DNA of 64,000 bases from a virus. Under the pieces are notes generated by a model. The model searched no databases. It was not told the origin of the DNA and saw nothing but the letters and a program-made list of their open reading frames with translations. Below are positions 27,409 through 35,407 of this stretch, piece after piece. Made by a program: the position numbers and the translations under genes. The first letter of the stretch is position 1; each line of letters begins with the position of its first letter. The stretch lies in IMG/VR virus record IMGVR_UViG_3300009159_000032, one strand, 5' to 3'.

Positions 27409-28410
27409 ATGTCTAACAAGTTTGAACAACTATTAGATTATCTTGTCAACGAAGAAATGGATAAGGCCAATGAATTATTCCATGAAATCGTTGTAGAGAA
27501 GTCTAGAGAAATTTACGAAAATATGATCGCTGAAGAAGCGGACGAAGATGAATTAACCAAAGAAGCCCAACAAGACGACATGGACGAATCCATGGCCGAA
27601 CCTGTTGAAGAAGAAACCACACTAGAAATTGGTGGGGATCAAGCTGATGGCCTACCAACTGATACTATGGATCCAATGTCTATGGGCATGGACGATTCAG
27701 AAGATGAAGAGCCAGGTATGGACGGCGACCTAGGTGGTATGGGTGGCGGAAGTTTAGAAGATAAAGTATTCGATCTAGAAGCTGAATTTGAAAAACTACA
27801 AGCTGACTTTGCTGCTCTTAAGGGCGACGAAAAGAGTGAGCCAGAGCACAGCGACGGTGAAGCTGATCCAGAATTTGGACCTTCAGACGACGATGAAGGC
27901 GGCGACGAAGACGGCGAAGACGGCGACGAAGAAAAAGAAAACATGTACAGCGAACGTATGCTTACCCGTGAATATGTTGAGAAAGTCGGCAACGATTGGG
28001 ACAACAAAAGTTCAATGAGAACACCAGGTCCAGTAGGTTCTGGCTCAGGTGACAAAGCTGGACAGACATCTGTTGATGGTAAAAGAAGTGTAGTTAGCTC
28101 TGCTAGCGGACGTCCTACAACCAAAGCCTCTGCACACAATATTCTACAAGGTGGAGTAGGTGAAGGCAACAATACAGGAACAAGTCCAAATGGTAAAACA
28201 GGTGGTCTAGTTGGTAATGTCAAAGGTGAATTTACCAATGGCGGTACACACAATGTTAACAATGTTAAGTCCGGTGTTAAAACACTAAAAGGACAAACAG
28301 GTTGGCCTAACAACAACAAATCAGCTGGTCCAGTAGGTTCTGGGTCAGGGGACAAAGCAGGACAGACATCTGTAACAGGTACCAAGTCTATCCTAGACAA
28401 AGCCCAATAA
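27409..28410 (+). CDS. Acidic prohead core/internal protein (333 aa; start reassigned to MSNKFEQ)
   Basis: Strong RBS. Very Asp/Glu-rich N-terminal half and Gly/Ser/Thr/Lys-rich C-terminal half. It occupies the T4 gp67/gp68 position between portal and protease. Confidence 0.75.
   Translation: MSNKFEQLLDYLVNEEMDKANELFHEIVVEKSREIYENMIAEEADEDELTKEAQQDDMDESMAEPVEEETTLEIGGDQADGLPTDTMDPMSMGMDDSEDEEPGMDGDLGGMGGGSLEDKVFDLEAEFEKLQADFAALKGDEKSEPEHSDGEADPEFGPSDDDEGGDEDGEDGDEEKENMYSERMLTREYVEKVGNDWDNKSSMRTPGPVGSGSGDKAGQTSVDGKRSVVSSASGRPTTKASAHNILQGGVGEGNNTGTSPNGKTGGLVGNVKGEFTNGGTHNVNNVKSGVKTLKGQTGWPNNNKSAGPVGSGSGDKAGQTSVTGTKSILDKAQ
28027..28373 (+). repeat. 47-nt direct repeat at 28027-28073 and 28327-28373 (GPVGSGSGDKAGQTSV)
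   Basis: Three mismatches, all at third codon positions. The copies are exactly 300 nt apart. Confidence 0.9.
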
Positions 28411-28423
28411 TTGAGAATTTGAG

Positions 28424-29050
28424 ATGCTATATCTTAGAGAACATTTAAGTTTTGATCAAGCAGGAGTCGTATTAGAGTCCGATGACAAGGATGGCAAGAA
28501 CCTTTATCTAAAAGGTATTGCCATCCAAGGCGGTATTCGCAATGCTAATCAACGGGTTTACCCAGTTGACGAGATTGAGCGAGCTGTAAAAACTCTAAAT
28601 GATCAAATACAAGAAGGCTATAGCGTTCTCGGAGAAGTAGATCATCCTGATGATCTAAAAGTAAATTTAGACCGTGTGTCCCATATGATTACTCAAATGT
28701 GGATGGAAGGTCCAAATGGTTATGGAAAGATGAAAATCCTTCCTACTCCGATGGGCAACTTAATTAGAACAATGCTCGAAAGCGGTGTAAAACTTGGCGT
28801 AAGTTCACGTGGCAGCGGTAACGTTAGCGACATGAGTGGCCATGTATCTGATTTTGAGATTATCACTGTTGATATAGTTGCACAACCTAGTGCGCCAGGA
28901 GCTTATCCTACACCGGTCTATGAACACCTGATGAACAGTCGTGGTGGCAATAGAGCAGTAAGGGTGGCACACGAGGTAAAAGAAGATCCTAAAGCCCAGA
29001 AGCATCTCCGTGAGGCGATGCTTAACATAATAAATGGTTTAAAAACCTAA
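28424..29050 (+). CDS. gp21: Prohead protease, T4 gp21-like (208 aa)
   Basis: GEVDHP, LGVSSRGSG, ITVDIVAQPSAPGA. Confidence 0.95.
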   Translation: MLYLREHLSFDQAGVVLESDDKDGKNLYLKGIAIQGGIRNANQRVYPVDEIERAVKTLNDQIQEGYSVLGEVDHPDDLKVNLDRVSHMITQMWMEGPNGYGKMKILPTPMGNLIRTMLESGVKLGVSSRGSGNVSDMSGHVSDFEIITVDIVAQPSAPGAYPTPVYEHLMNSRGGNRAVRVAHEVKEDPKAQKHLREAMLNIINGLKT

Positions 29051-29061
29051 GGAGACAAGCG

Positions 29062-30162
29062 ATGTTGGACGCATTCAAGAAGCTGGTCGAAAGTGGCATG
29101 ATGTCAGAGGACGTAAAGTCTGAGATTGAAACTGCATTTAATCAGAAAATTCAAGAAAACCGCGATCTAGTCACCGCTGAACTACGTGAAGAGTTTGCCC
29201 AACGATACAGTCACGATAAGACTGTTATGGTTGAGGCACTTGACAAAATGATCAGCGAGAGATTGGTCGCAGAAATGGCTGAGCTTGCAGAAGATAAGAA
29301 ATCTTTAATTGAAACTAAAGTAGCTTATCAACGCAAGATGAATGAAGATGCTAGTGTACTAGAATCTTTTATCATGAATCAGCTAGGTAAAGAACTTGTA
29401 GAATTCCAAAATGATCGTAGAAAAGTTAGCGAGAATTTTGAAAAACTAGAACAGTTCATTGTAACTGCACTAGCAAGAGAGATTAATGAATTTGCCGTTG
29501 ACAAACGTGATCTAGCCGAAACGAAAGTTAAACTAGTACGTGAAGCAAAATCACAATTTGATGATCTTAAGAAACAATTCGTTACACGCAGTGCCGCAAT
29601 TGTGAAAGAGACTGTAGAACAAAAATTAACATCAGAAATGAGACAACTCAAAGAAGATATCGATTCTGCACGTCAAAACGCATTCGGTCGCCGTTTATAC
29701 GAAGCATTTGCACAAGAGTTTAGCACAAGCTATCTAAACGAAAAATCTGAAACAGCAAAACTGTTAAAGATTATTGAGAAGAAAGATGTTGAGCTAGCTG
29801 AAGCAAAATCTGTTGTTACTGAAAAAGCAAAATTAGTAGAATCTAAGGATCGCGAAATTCGCGTTGCTCAAGATGTTGCTAAACGCAAAGAAGTAATGGC
29901 AGAACTGTTAGCACCGTTAGGTGCTGAACAAAAGGGAATCATGAAAGAATTGCTAGAGTCTGTACAGACTGCAAAACTTAATGAATCGTTTGACAAATAC
30001 CTACCAGCAGTTATGGAAGGCAACATCAAGAAAGTTACTAAGGCTCCTGCCAAAGAGATGATTACTGAAGGTGCAGAAATAACTGGAGATCGTGAAAATA
30101 AACAGCCACAGGTAGGCTTAGATAACATTTTAGATATCCGCAAATTAGCGGGTCTAAAATAA
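29062..30162 (+). CDS. gp22: Prohead core scaffold protein, T4 gp22-like (366 aa)
   Basis: Glu/Lys-rich coiled coil between the protease and major capsid genes. AGGAG RBS. Confidence 0.85.
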   Translation: MLDAFKKLVESGMMSEDVKSEIETAFNQKIQENRDLVTAELREEFAQRYSHDKTVMVEALDKMISERLVAEMAELAEDKKSLIETKVAYQRKMNEDASVLESFIMNQLGKELVEFQNDRRKVSENFEKLEQFIVTALAREINEFAVDKRDLAETKVKLVREAKSQFDDLKKQFVTRSAAIVKETVEQKLTSEMRQLKEDIDSARQNAFGRRLYEAFAQEFSTSYLNEKSETAKLLKIIEKKDVELAEAKSVVTEKAKLVESKDREIRVAQDVAKRKEVMAELLAPLGAEQKGIMKELLESVQTAKLNESFDKYLPAVMEGNIKKVTKAPAKEMITEGAEITGDRENKQPQVGLDNILDIRKLAGLK

Positions 30163-30188
30163 TTTAATATTCAAGGAGAAGACATAAA

Positions 30189-31364
30189 ATGTCACAACTA
30201 TTAAATGAAAGATGGTCAGAGACCAAAGAAGCTCTGCTTGAAGGCCTATCAGGTAACCGCAAGTCTTCTATGAGCGTTTGCTTAGAGAATACACGCAAGT
30301 ACTTGGCTGAAAGTGCAACTTCTGGAGCTACAAGCTCTGGTAATATCGCAACACTTAACCGTGTTATCCTTCCAGTAATTCGTCGTGTTATGCCGACAGT
30401 TATTGCTAACGAAATCGTTGGTGTTCAGCCAATGACAGGCCCAGTTGCCCAGATCCACACTCTACGTGTTCGCTATGCTGATACCAGCAGTGGTGACAGC
30501 GTAATGGCTGGTGAAGAAGCACTAAGCCCATTCAAAATTGCTGCTGGTTACTCTGGCGCAGGTTCTACTGGTAAGGCTCAAACAACAGCCGTACTAGAAG
30601 GCCAACCAGGTAAGCGTATGAGCATTCAAATCTTGAAAGCACCAGTCGAAGCTAAGTCACGCAAGCTATCAGCTCGTTGGACATTCGAAGCTGCTCAAGA
30701 TGCTCAAGCAATGCAAGGTATTGACATCGAAGCAGAAATCATGGCTGCTCTTGCTCAAGAAATCACAGCTGAAATTGACCAAGAAGTTCTAGCTTCTTTA
30801 CGTAGTCTAGGCACAGTTGAACAAACTTATGACCAAGCTAGCGTATCTGGTACAGCTACATTCGTTGGTGATGAACACGCTGCTCTAGCTGTTCAAATCA
30901 ACCGTGTTGCTAACTTGATTGCACAGCGTACACGTCGTGGTGCTGCTAACTGGGCTGTTGTTTCTAACCAAGCTCTTACAATTCTACAAAGTGCTACAAC
31001 AAGTGCATTTGCTCGTACCACAGAAGGTACATTCGAAGCTCCTACAAACACCAAGTTTGTTGGTACATTGAACAATGCAATGCGTATCTATGTTGACGCA
31101 TATCTTGCTGATACAGACGACAACAACCAATGTCTAATTGGTTACAAAGGACCATCTGAAGCAGATGCAGCGGCATTCTATTGCCCTTACATTCCTCTAA
31201 TGAGTTCTGGTGTTGTTCTTGACCCAGCAACCTTTGAACCAGTAGTTGGCTTCTTAACACGCTACGGCTATGTTGAGTTGACAAACACTGCTAGTTCTTT
31301 AGGTAACGCTGCTGACTACCTAGGCAAAGTGGCTATCACTTCTGCTAACGTTAGCTTCCGTTAA
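30189..31364 (+). CDS. gp23: Major capsid protein, T4 gp23-like (391 aa)
   Basis: VIRRVMPTVIANEIVGVQPMTGP, SRKLSARWTFEAAQD, EIMAALAQEITAEIDQE, AFYCPYIPL, GFLTRYG. Strongly biased codon usage. Confidence 0.97.
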   Translation: MSQLLNERWSETKEALLEGLSGNRKSSMSVCLENTRKYLAESATSGATSSGNIATLNRVILPVIRRVMPTVIANEIVGVQPMTGPVAQIHTLRVRYADTSSGDSVMAGEEALSPFKIAAGYSGAGSTGKAQTTAVLEGQPGKRMSIQILKAPVEAKSRKLSARWTFEAAQDAQAMQGIDIEAEIMAALAQEITAEIDQEVLASLRSLGTVEQTYDQASVSGTATFVGDEHAALAVQINRVANLIAQRTRRGAANWAVVSNQALTILQSATTSAFARTTEGTFEAPTNTKFVGTLNNAMRIYVDAYLADTDDNNQCLIGYKGPSEADAAAFYCPYIPLMSSGVVLDPATFEPVVGFLTRYGYVELTNTASSLGNAADYLGKVAITSANVSFR

Positions 31365-31384
31365 TCCAAATAGGATTACAATAC

Positions 31385-31411
31385 AAAACCCGCTTCGGCG
31401 GGTTTTCTTTT
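31385..31411 (+). terminator. Intrinsic terminator after the major capsid gene
   Basis: AAAACCCGC-ttcg-GCGGGTTTT followed by a T-rich run. Confidence 0.9.
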
Positions 31412-31422
31412 GGACGTAAAAA

Positions 31423-31428
31423 TAAATA
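31423..31428 (+). promoter_or_regulatory. Late promoter core (TAAATA)
   Basis: Located between the terminator and ATG 31433. Confidence 0.55.
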
Positions 31429-31432
31429 GACC

Positions 31433-32113
31433 ATGATACCAATCATAGAATTTAATCCTAATCCTTTTACTGATCACCTTAAACAAAACTGGAAAGGCAT
31501 TAGAGACGAGTACTACTGGTACTTAAAAAAACACGGCATCATGGACGAGAATAATGTTATAACACAGAAAAAACTTCAAGATCATAATCCGTTGCCTAAT
31601 TCAAACGACAGTTTATATACAAAAGAATGGACCAGCGATGGATTCTTTGTTAGACCAAATATCTTATGTGAAGATCAGCAGGCAAGAATACATTGGGGAG
31701 ACGAGCCCTATCGGATGAAACCTGAAATATATGAATGTCCTAATATTTTACACATATACGAAACATGGAAAGAACATCTGGGGTCAATAGTGTTTAATAT
31801 AAGTTATCCTGGCTCAGTATTAAATCATCACTACGGAGTTGACCCTCAATATATCAGGATGCATGTCTGTATTAAAACAGAAGAACATTGTACATTTGAT
31901 GTTGAGAATTATAGACGAGGCTGGAAGGACGGAGATGTTTTTGGTTTTGATGATGCAAATTGGTTTCATGGAACAAATCACAGTGTAGAAGGCAAACACG
32001 AACGAATTATATTACTAGTTGATATTGCTAAAACACTAGTAAAACCTTGGGCAAAGACTTGGCCAGTACGTGATAAACGCCCGTTAGAGACTGTAAAAAT
32101 TAATCCCTGGTAA
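31433..32113 (+). CDS. Aspartyl/asparaginyl beta-hydroxylase-like 2OG-Fe(II) oxygenase (AspH/LpxO family; 226 aa)
   Basis: PGSVLNHHYG...IRMHVCI...WKDGDVFGFDDANWFHGTNH...RIILLVDI follows the Asp_Arg_Hydrox pattern. Confidence 0.75.
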   Translation: MIPIIEFNPNPFTDHLKQNWKGIRDEYYWYLKKHGIMDENNVITQKKLQDHNPLPNSNDSLYTKEWTSDGFFVRPNILCEDQQARIHWGDEPYRMKPEIYECPNILHIYETWKEHLGSIVFNISYPGSVLNHHYGVDPQYIRMHVCIKTEEHCTFDVENYRRGWKDGDVFGFDDANWFHGTNHSVEGKHERIILLVDIAKTLVKPWAKTWPVRDKRPLETVKINPW

Positions 32114-32116
32114 ATA
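32111..32116 (+). promoter_or_regulatory. Late promoter core (TAAATA) overlapping the hydroxylase stop codon
   Basis: Read directly; it precedes the structured leader of the 32195 gene. Confidence 0.6.
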
Positions 32117-32119
32117 CAC

Positions 32120-32172
32120 TGTTCGCTCTTAATTGAGAGTTTATGCGGCACCCACCGCGTAGGCCTAGAACG
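32120..32172 (+). promoter_or_regulatory. Candidate structured 5' leader (three-way junction)
   Basis: GTTC/GAAC (32121-24 with 32168-71) enclose GCTCTT-aatt-GAGAGT and TATGCGG-caccca-CCGCGTA. Confidence 0.5.
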
Positions 32173-32194
32173 CCAAACACAAAGGAGAAAACAA

Positions 32195-33121
32195 ATGGGA
32201 CGTCCGATTCAAAAGAAATATTTTGGTAATACAAATTACCCGTATGACAATGACAGCACTGGTGGATTTACAGGTCTAGGGGGCGAAGGTGTTGCCTCAG
32301 TTACAATCAGTAACAGCGGTACTAACTATTCTGTAGGTACAGTGGGAGCATTTTCTGCACCTAATATTGCAGGCGGTGTACAAGCTCTAGGTACTTTAGA
32401 AATTATTGGTACTGGAGCACTTCGCGGTAAAATTATGAGTGTAACTGTTACTGAACCTGGTACAGGTTATACAGCAGCACCTACATTTACCTTAACTACA
32501 GCAACTGCCGTTACATCTGCAACAACAGGTACTAACGGTGCAACAAGATTATACCCGGCAGCAGTCGCTGGTATTGTTGTTGGTATGTTAGCTGTTGGTG
32601 CTAACGTAGGTACAAGTTCTTACGTAACAGCAGTAGGTGCAAACTATGTTGATGTAAGTGCAACAAATGCAAATACTGTTAACGCTTCGGTAAAATATCA
32701 AGACAATGGTATTGGTTTTGCTAACACTGTTGCAGCAACATCTTCAAAAGTTGATGCTATTACAATTACATCATATCTAACCACAGGCTCAAGTGCTGTT
32801 AGTGGTGGCGATATTATGAAACAAGTTGGTTCACGTCGTTACAAAGTACGTAACAGTCAAGGCGTTGGAGTAGTCAAACTAACTACAGGTACCAACGGTG
32901 CTGGAACACTAGCTGCAGGACAAATGAGTGTTGTTGGTACTGACTGGGGTGGTTCAACATACTACTTTGAAAAAATCAATGCTAATACTGGTCGTGTGTT
33001 TACAAGAACTAGTACTAGTACTGCTGTATTCTCAGACGGTCAACTTGCTAAATGGACCATTGGTGCTGCTACAGGTACAACTGTTGCAACTGCACTTATT
33101 TCAATCTCTCATACAATTTAA
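32195..33121 (+). CDS. Virion structural protein, Thr/Gly/Ala-rich beta protein (308 aa)
   Basis: AAGGAG RBS and late promoter. Starts MGRPIQKKYFG. Contains SVTISNSGTNY and SVTVTEPGTGYTAAP beta-sandwich-like motifs. Confidence 0.75.
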   Translation: MGRPIQKKYFGNTNYPYDNDSTGGFTGLGGEGVASVTISNSGTNYSVGTVGAFSAPNIAGGVQALGTLEIIGTGALRGKIMSVTVTEPGTGYTAAPTFTLTTATAVTSATTGTNGATRLYPAAVAGIVVGMLAVGANVGTSSYVTAVGANYVDVSATNANTVNASVKYQDNGIGFANTVAATSSKVDAITITSYLTTGSSAVSGGDIMKQVGSRRYKVRNSQGVGVVKLTTGTNGAGTLAAGQMSVVGTDWGGSTYYFEKINANTGRVFTRTSTSTAVFSDGQLAKWTIGAATGTTVATALISISHTI

Positions 33122-33135
33122 ACTCAATTGTATAA

Positions 33136-33163
33136 TAAGAAAAGGGCTTAGGCCCTTTTCTTA
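33136..33163 (+). terminator. Intrinsic (possibly bidirectional) terminator
   Basis: TAAGAAAAGGGC-ttag-GCCCTTTTCTTA, a 12-bp perfect stem. Confidence 0.85.
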
Positions 33164-33171
33164 TGATCTGC

Positions 33172-33177
33172 TAAATA
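33172..33177 (+). promoter_or_regulatory. Late promoter core (TAAATA)
   Basis: Follows the terminator, 18 nt upstream of ATG 33196. Confidence 0.6.
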
Positions 33178-33195
33178 TGTATAAAGGAAATCTGC

Positions 33196-34224
33196 ATGGC
33201 AACGGACGTAATTAGATACTCTGGTGATTTAAAAATAGCAACTGCTGTTGGCGGAACTATGACGTTTGACACCGGCGTCAATACTGGCAGTGTGATTATC
33301 ACCGGTAATCTAACTGTAAGAGGAACGCAGACTTATATCAGTTCTACAAATACCAATGTTACAGATAACATATTAGTTTTGAATTCTGGCGAAACCAACG
33401 GCTATGTAACCTTGGGTCAAGCAGGTATAGTAATTGATCGAGGTAATAACGCTAGCTCAACTTCGTCAGCACAGTTAATCTATGACGATACACAACCGTG
33501 GTCTGCTTATAGATATACTGCTACAACTGGAACATCATATTCAGGACAATGGGTTGTTAAAGCACAAAATAAATTAAGTGCGATTCAAGTCTCAGCAATT
33601 AGGTTTGACGGACTGGGTCCTGAGAATGACGGTAGATTAAATTTACTTGGCCGTGGTGTAGTAGGTATGTTGTCCGTTGCAGGACAAAATAATTATGCCA
33701 GTCGTGTTACACATGATGATGATATTCCAAACAAGTCTTATGTTGATAATCGACCGTTTAATGGTTTGGCTACTTCAGCCGAATGGGCAGCGGTTTTAAA
33801 AGAAAGCACCGGTTCGGACACTTCTATAGTACCAGCCGACAGTGCATTTTCTGGAGTTCCTAGTAAAATAACTACTTACATTGATGGTGTAACCAATATT
33901 ATTGTACAACAAGGCACTGTTCAGTTTACCGGATTATCATTTATTGGTAATACAATTAGACCAAATACTAACAACACTAACCTAACTCTACAAACACAGG
34001 GTACAGGTACGGTTGTTGTAAATAATGGACTGACAATTGGTTATAGTGCAGCAGCTCCTCAACCAAATGCTACCAGTGTAAAAATTTATACAACATCAAC
34101 TCTAGGTGCTGGCAGTACAGGAATTATGTTTACAACATTAGATAGAAGAACAATACCATCTAGTACTGCCCGTGGAGAATTAATTTCAGCAAGAAAGGCA
34201 CTTGTCCTTTCAATAATATTTTAA
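33196..34224 (+). CDS. Virion structural/fibre-like protein (342 aa)
   Basis: GNLTVRGTQTYISSTNTNVTDNILVLNSG fibre-type segment, DDDIPNKSYVD motif, late promoter. Confidence 0.7.
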   Translation: MATDVIRYSGDLKIATAVGGTMTFDTGVNTGSVIITGNLTVRGTQTYISSTNTNVTDNILVLNSGETNGYVTLGQAGIVIDRGNNASSTSSAQLIYDDTQPWSAYRYTATTGTSYSGQWVVKAQNKLSAIQVSAIRFDGLGPENDGRLNLLGRGVVGMLSVAGQNNYASRVTHDDDIPNKSYVDNRPFNGLATSAEWAAVLKESTGSDTSIVPADSAFSGVPSKITTYIDGVTNIIVQQGTVQFTGLSFIGNTIRPNTNNTNLTLQTQGTGTVVVNNGLTIGYSAAAPQPNATSVKIYTTSTLGAGSTGIMFTTLDRRTIPSSTARGELISARKALVLSIIF

Positions 34225-34233
34225 GGATTAGAA

Positions 34234-34554
34234 ATGGCAATCGCAAACGCACAACTAAGTTCATCAGCAAAGACTCCAGTTTTTGTGGCCGCAGGAGAAA
34301 ACGCAGTTACTTGTATTATATTTTGTAATACCAGTTTAACTACAGATGCAACAGTATCTGTTTGGTTAGTACCTGCAACAATACCTGCCAGTGCAGCTAA
34401 TCAAATTATCAATGAAATATCTGTTCCAGCAGGTGAAACTTTCAGTATTGACACAGAACGATTTATCATGGAAGACAGCGATAGTATACAAGCTCAAGCT
34501 AGTCAAAACTTAATTGTAACTGCTACTGTAAGTTACGTTTCAACAGGCCAGTAA
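34234..34554 (+). CDS. Small virion structural protein (106 aa)
   Basis: AAGGA RBS. AVTCIIFCN...ISVPAGETF...MEDSDSIQA pattern is shared with 41941-42327. Confidence 0.75.
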   Translation: MAIANAQLSSSAKTPVFVAAGENAVTCIIFCNTSLTTDATVSVWLVPATIPASAANQIINEISVPAGETFSIDTERFIMEDSDSIQAQASQNLIVTATVSYVSTGQ

Positions 34555-34555
34555 G

Positions 34556-35275
34556 ATGAAATTTTATAAAAGACAATCATTAAACTCTCATAGTCCGCAA
34601 GACAATACATTTGCTGTTGAGCAAGACGGCCGAGCAATTATTGACACTACACAGAGTTTGAGACTACCTAGAGGTATTATTAGCCAGCGACCTACTGACA
34701 CAGTACCTGGACAGATTAGACAAAATTCAGAATTATCTGAAATTGAAACACTGGTTAATGCTGTATGGGAACGTAATCGTACTGTGCGTCCAGGAACAAT
34801 TACTGTACAAAATTTAGGCAGCGGAAACTATTATAGTAATATTTTTGGTCCTTTGAATTCTGACTATCAACCTAGTTATGATAAAAGTGCAGCGAATATA
34901 CAAGTATATGTTGATAATGTATTTCAAATTCCTTTTACAAATTACGATATAACTAATGACCCAAGTCCAGTGTCAGCGGAGACAACAGCTACAAGTACCG
35001 CAACTAGCTCTATACTTTATCTTGATAATGTTATAAATGTTCAACCAGGATGTACTGTTAGCGGTTCTGCTTCACTAAGTCCGGGCACAACAGTACTTGG
35101 AACACTTACTGGAACAACTTGGGTTGAAATAAGCAGTCCATTAGTCGGCAACATTAATCCAGCTGTTAATCTAACGTTTTCTTTTAATACCGGTAGCTAT
35201 ATTGCGTTCACAGGTGACGTCCCTGCAAAACCAGTTGTGGCTGTATTAGGCTACGACGGTTACTTCCCTCCATGA
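34556..35275 (+). CDS. Virion structural protein (239 aa)
   Basis: Tightly coupled ORF with a fibre-base-like motif SLRLPRG...RP...GQIRQN and IQVYVDNVFQIP. Confidence 0.7.
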   Translation: MKFYKRQSLNSHSPQDNTFAVEQDGRAIIDTTQSLRLPRGIISQRPTDTVPGQIRQNSELSEIETLVNAVWERNRTVRPGTITVQNLGSGNYYSNIFGPLNSDYQPSYDKSAANIQVYVDNVFQIPFTNYDITNDPSPVSAETTATSTATSSILYLDNVINVQPGCTVSGSASLSPGTTVLGTLTGTTWVEISSPLVGNINPAVNLTFSFNTGSYIAFTGDVPAKPVVAVLGYDGYFPP

Positions 35276-35310
35276 TTTGGGCCTATAAAGCACAAATATT
35301 ACTTTCCAAA

Positions 35311-35316
35311 TAAATA
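35311..35316 (+). promoter_or_regulatory. Late promoter core (TAAATA)
   Basis: Start of a 97-nt leader before ATG 35408. Confidence 0.6.
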
Positions 35317-35322
35317 CATCGA

Positions 35323-35402
35323 TGCCAGCGTGTCTGGCAGAGTTATACTGTGGTAAACCCGCAATGCAAGGTGGTTATCCGTGAAACTCGGTGTATAGGG
35401 AG
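35323..35402 (+). promoter_or_regulatory. Candidate structured 5' leader overlapping the RBS
   Basis: TGCCAG-cgtgt-CTGGCA hairpin, then TTATAC/GTATAG (35343-48 with 35393-98) closing a branched domain next to AGGGAG. Confidence 0.45.
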
Positions 35403-35407
35403 CAATA

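Noticed and set aside
27639-28400. 253-aa minus-strand ORF
   Set aside because: It is an antisense shadow of the core-protein gene; its Ser/Pro/Leu bias mirrors the sense-strand Asp/Glu/Gly codons.
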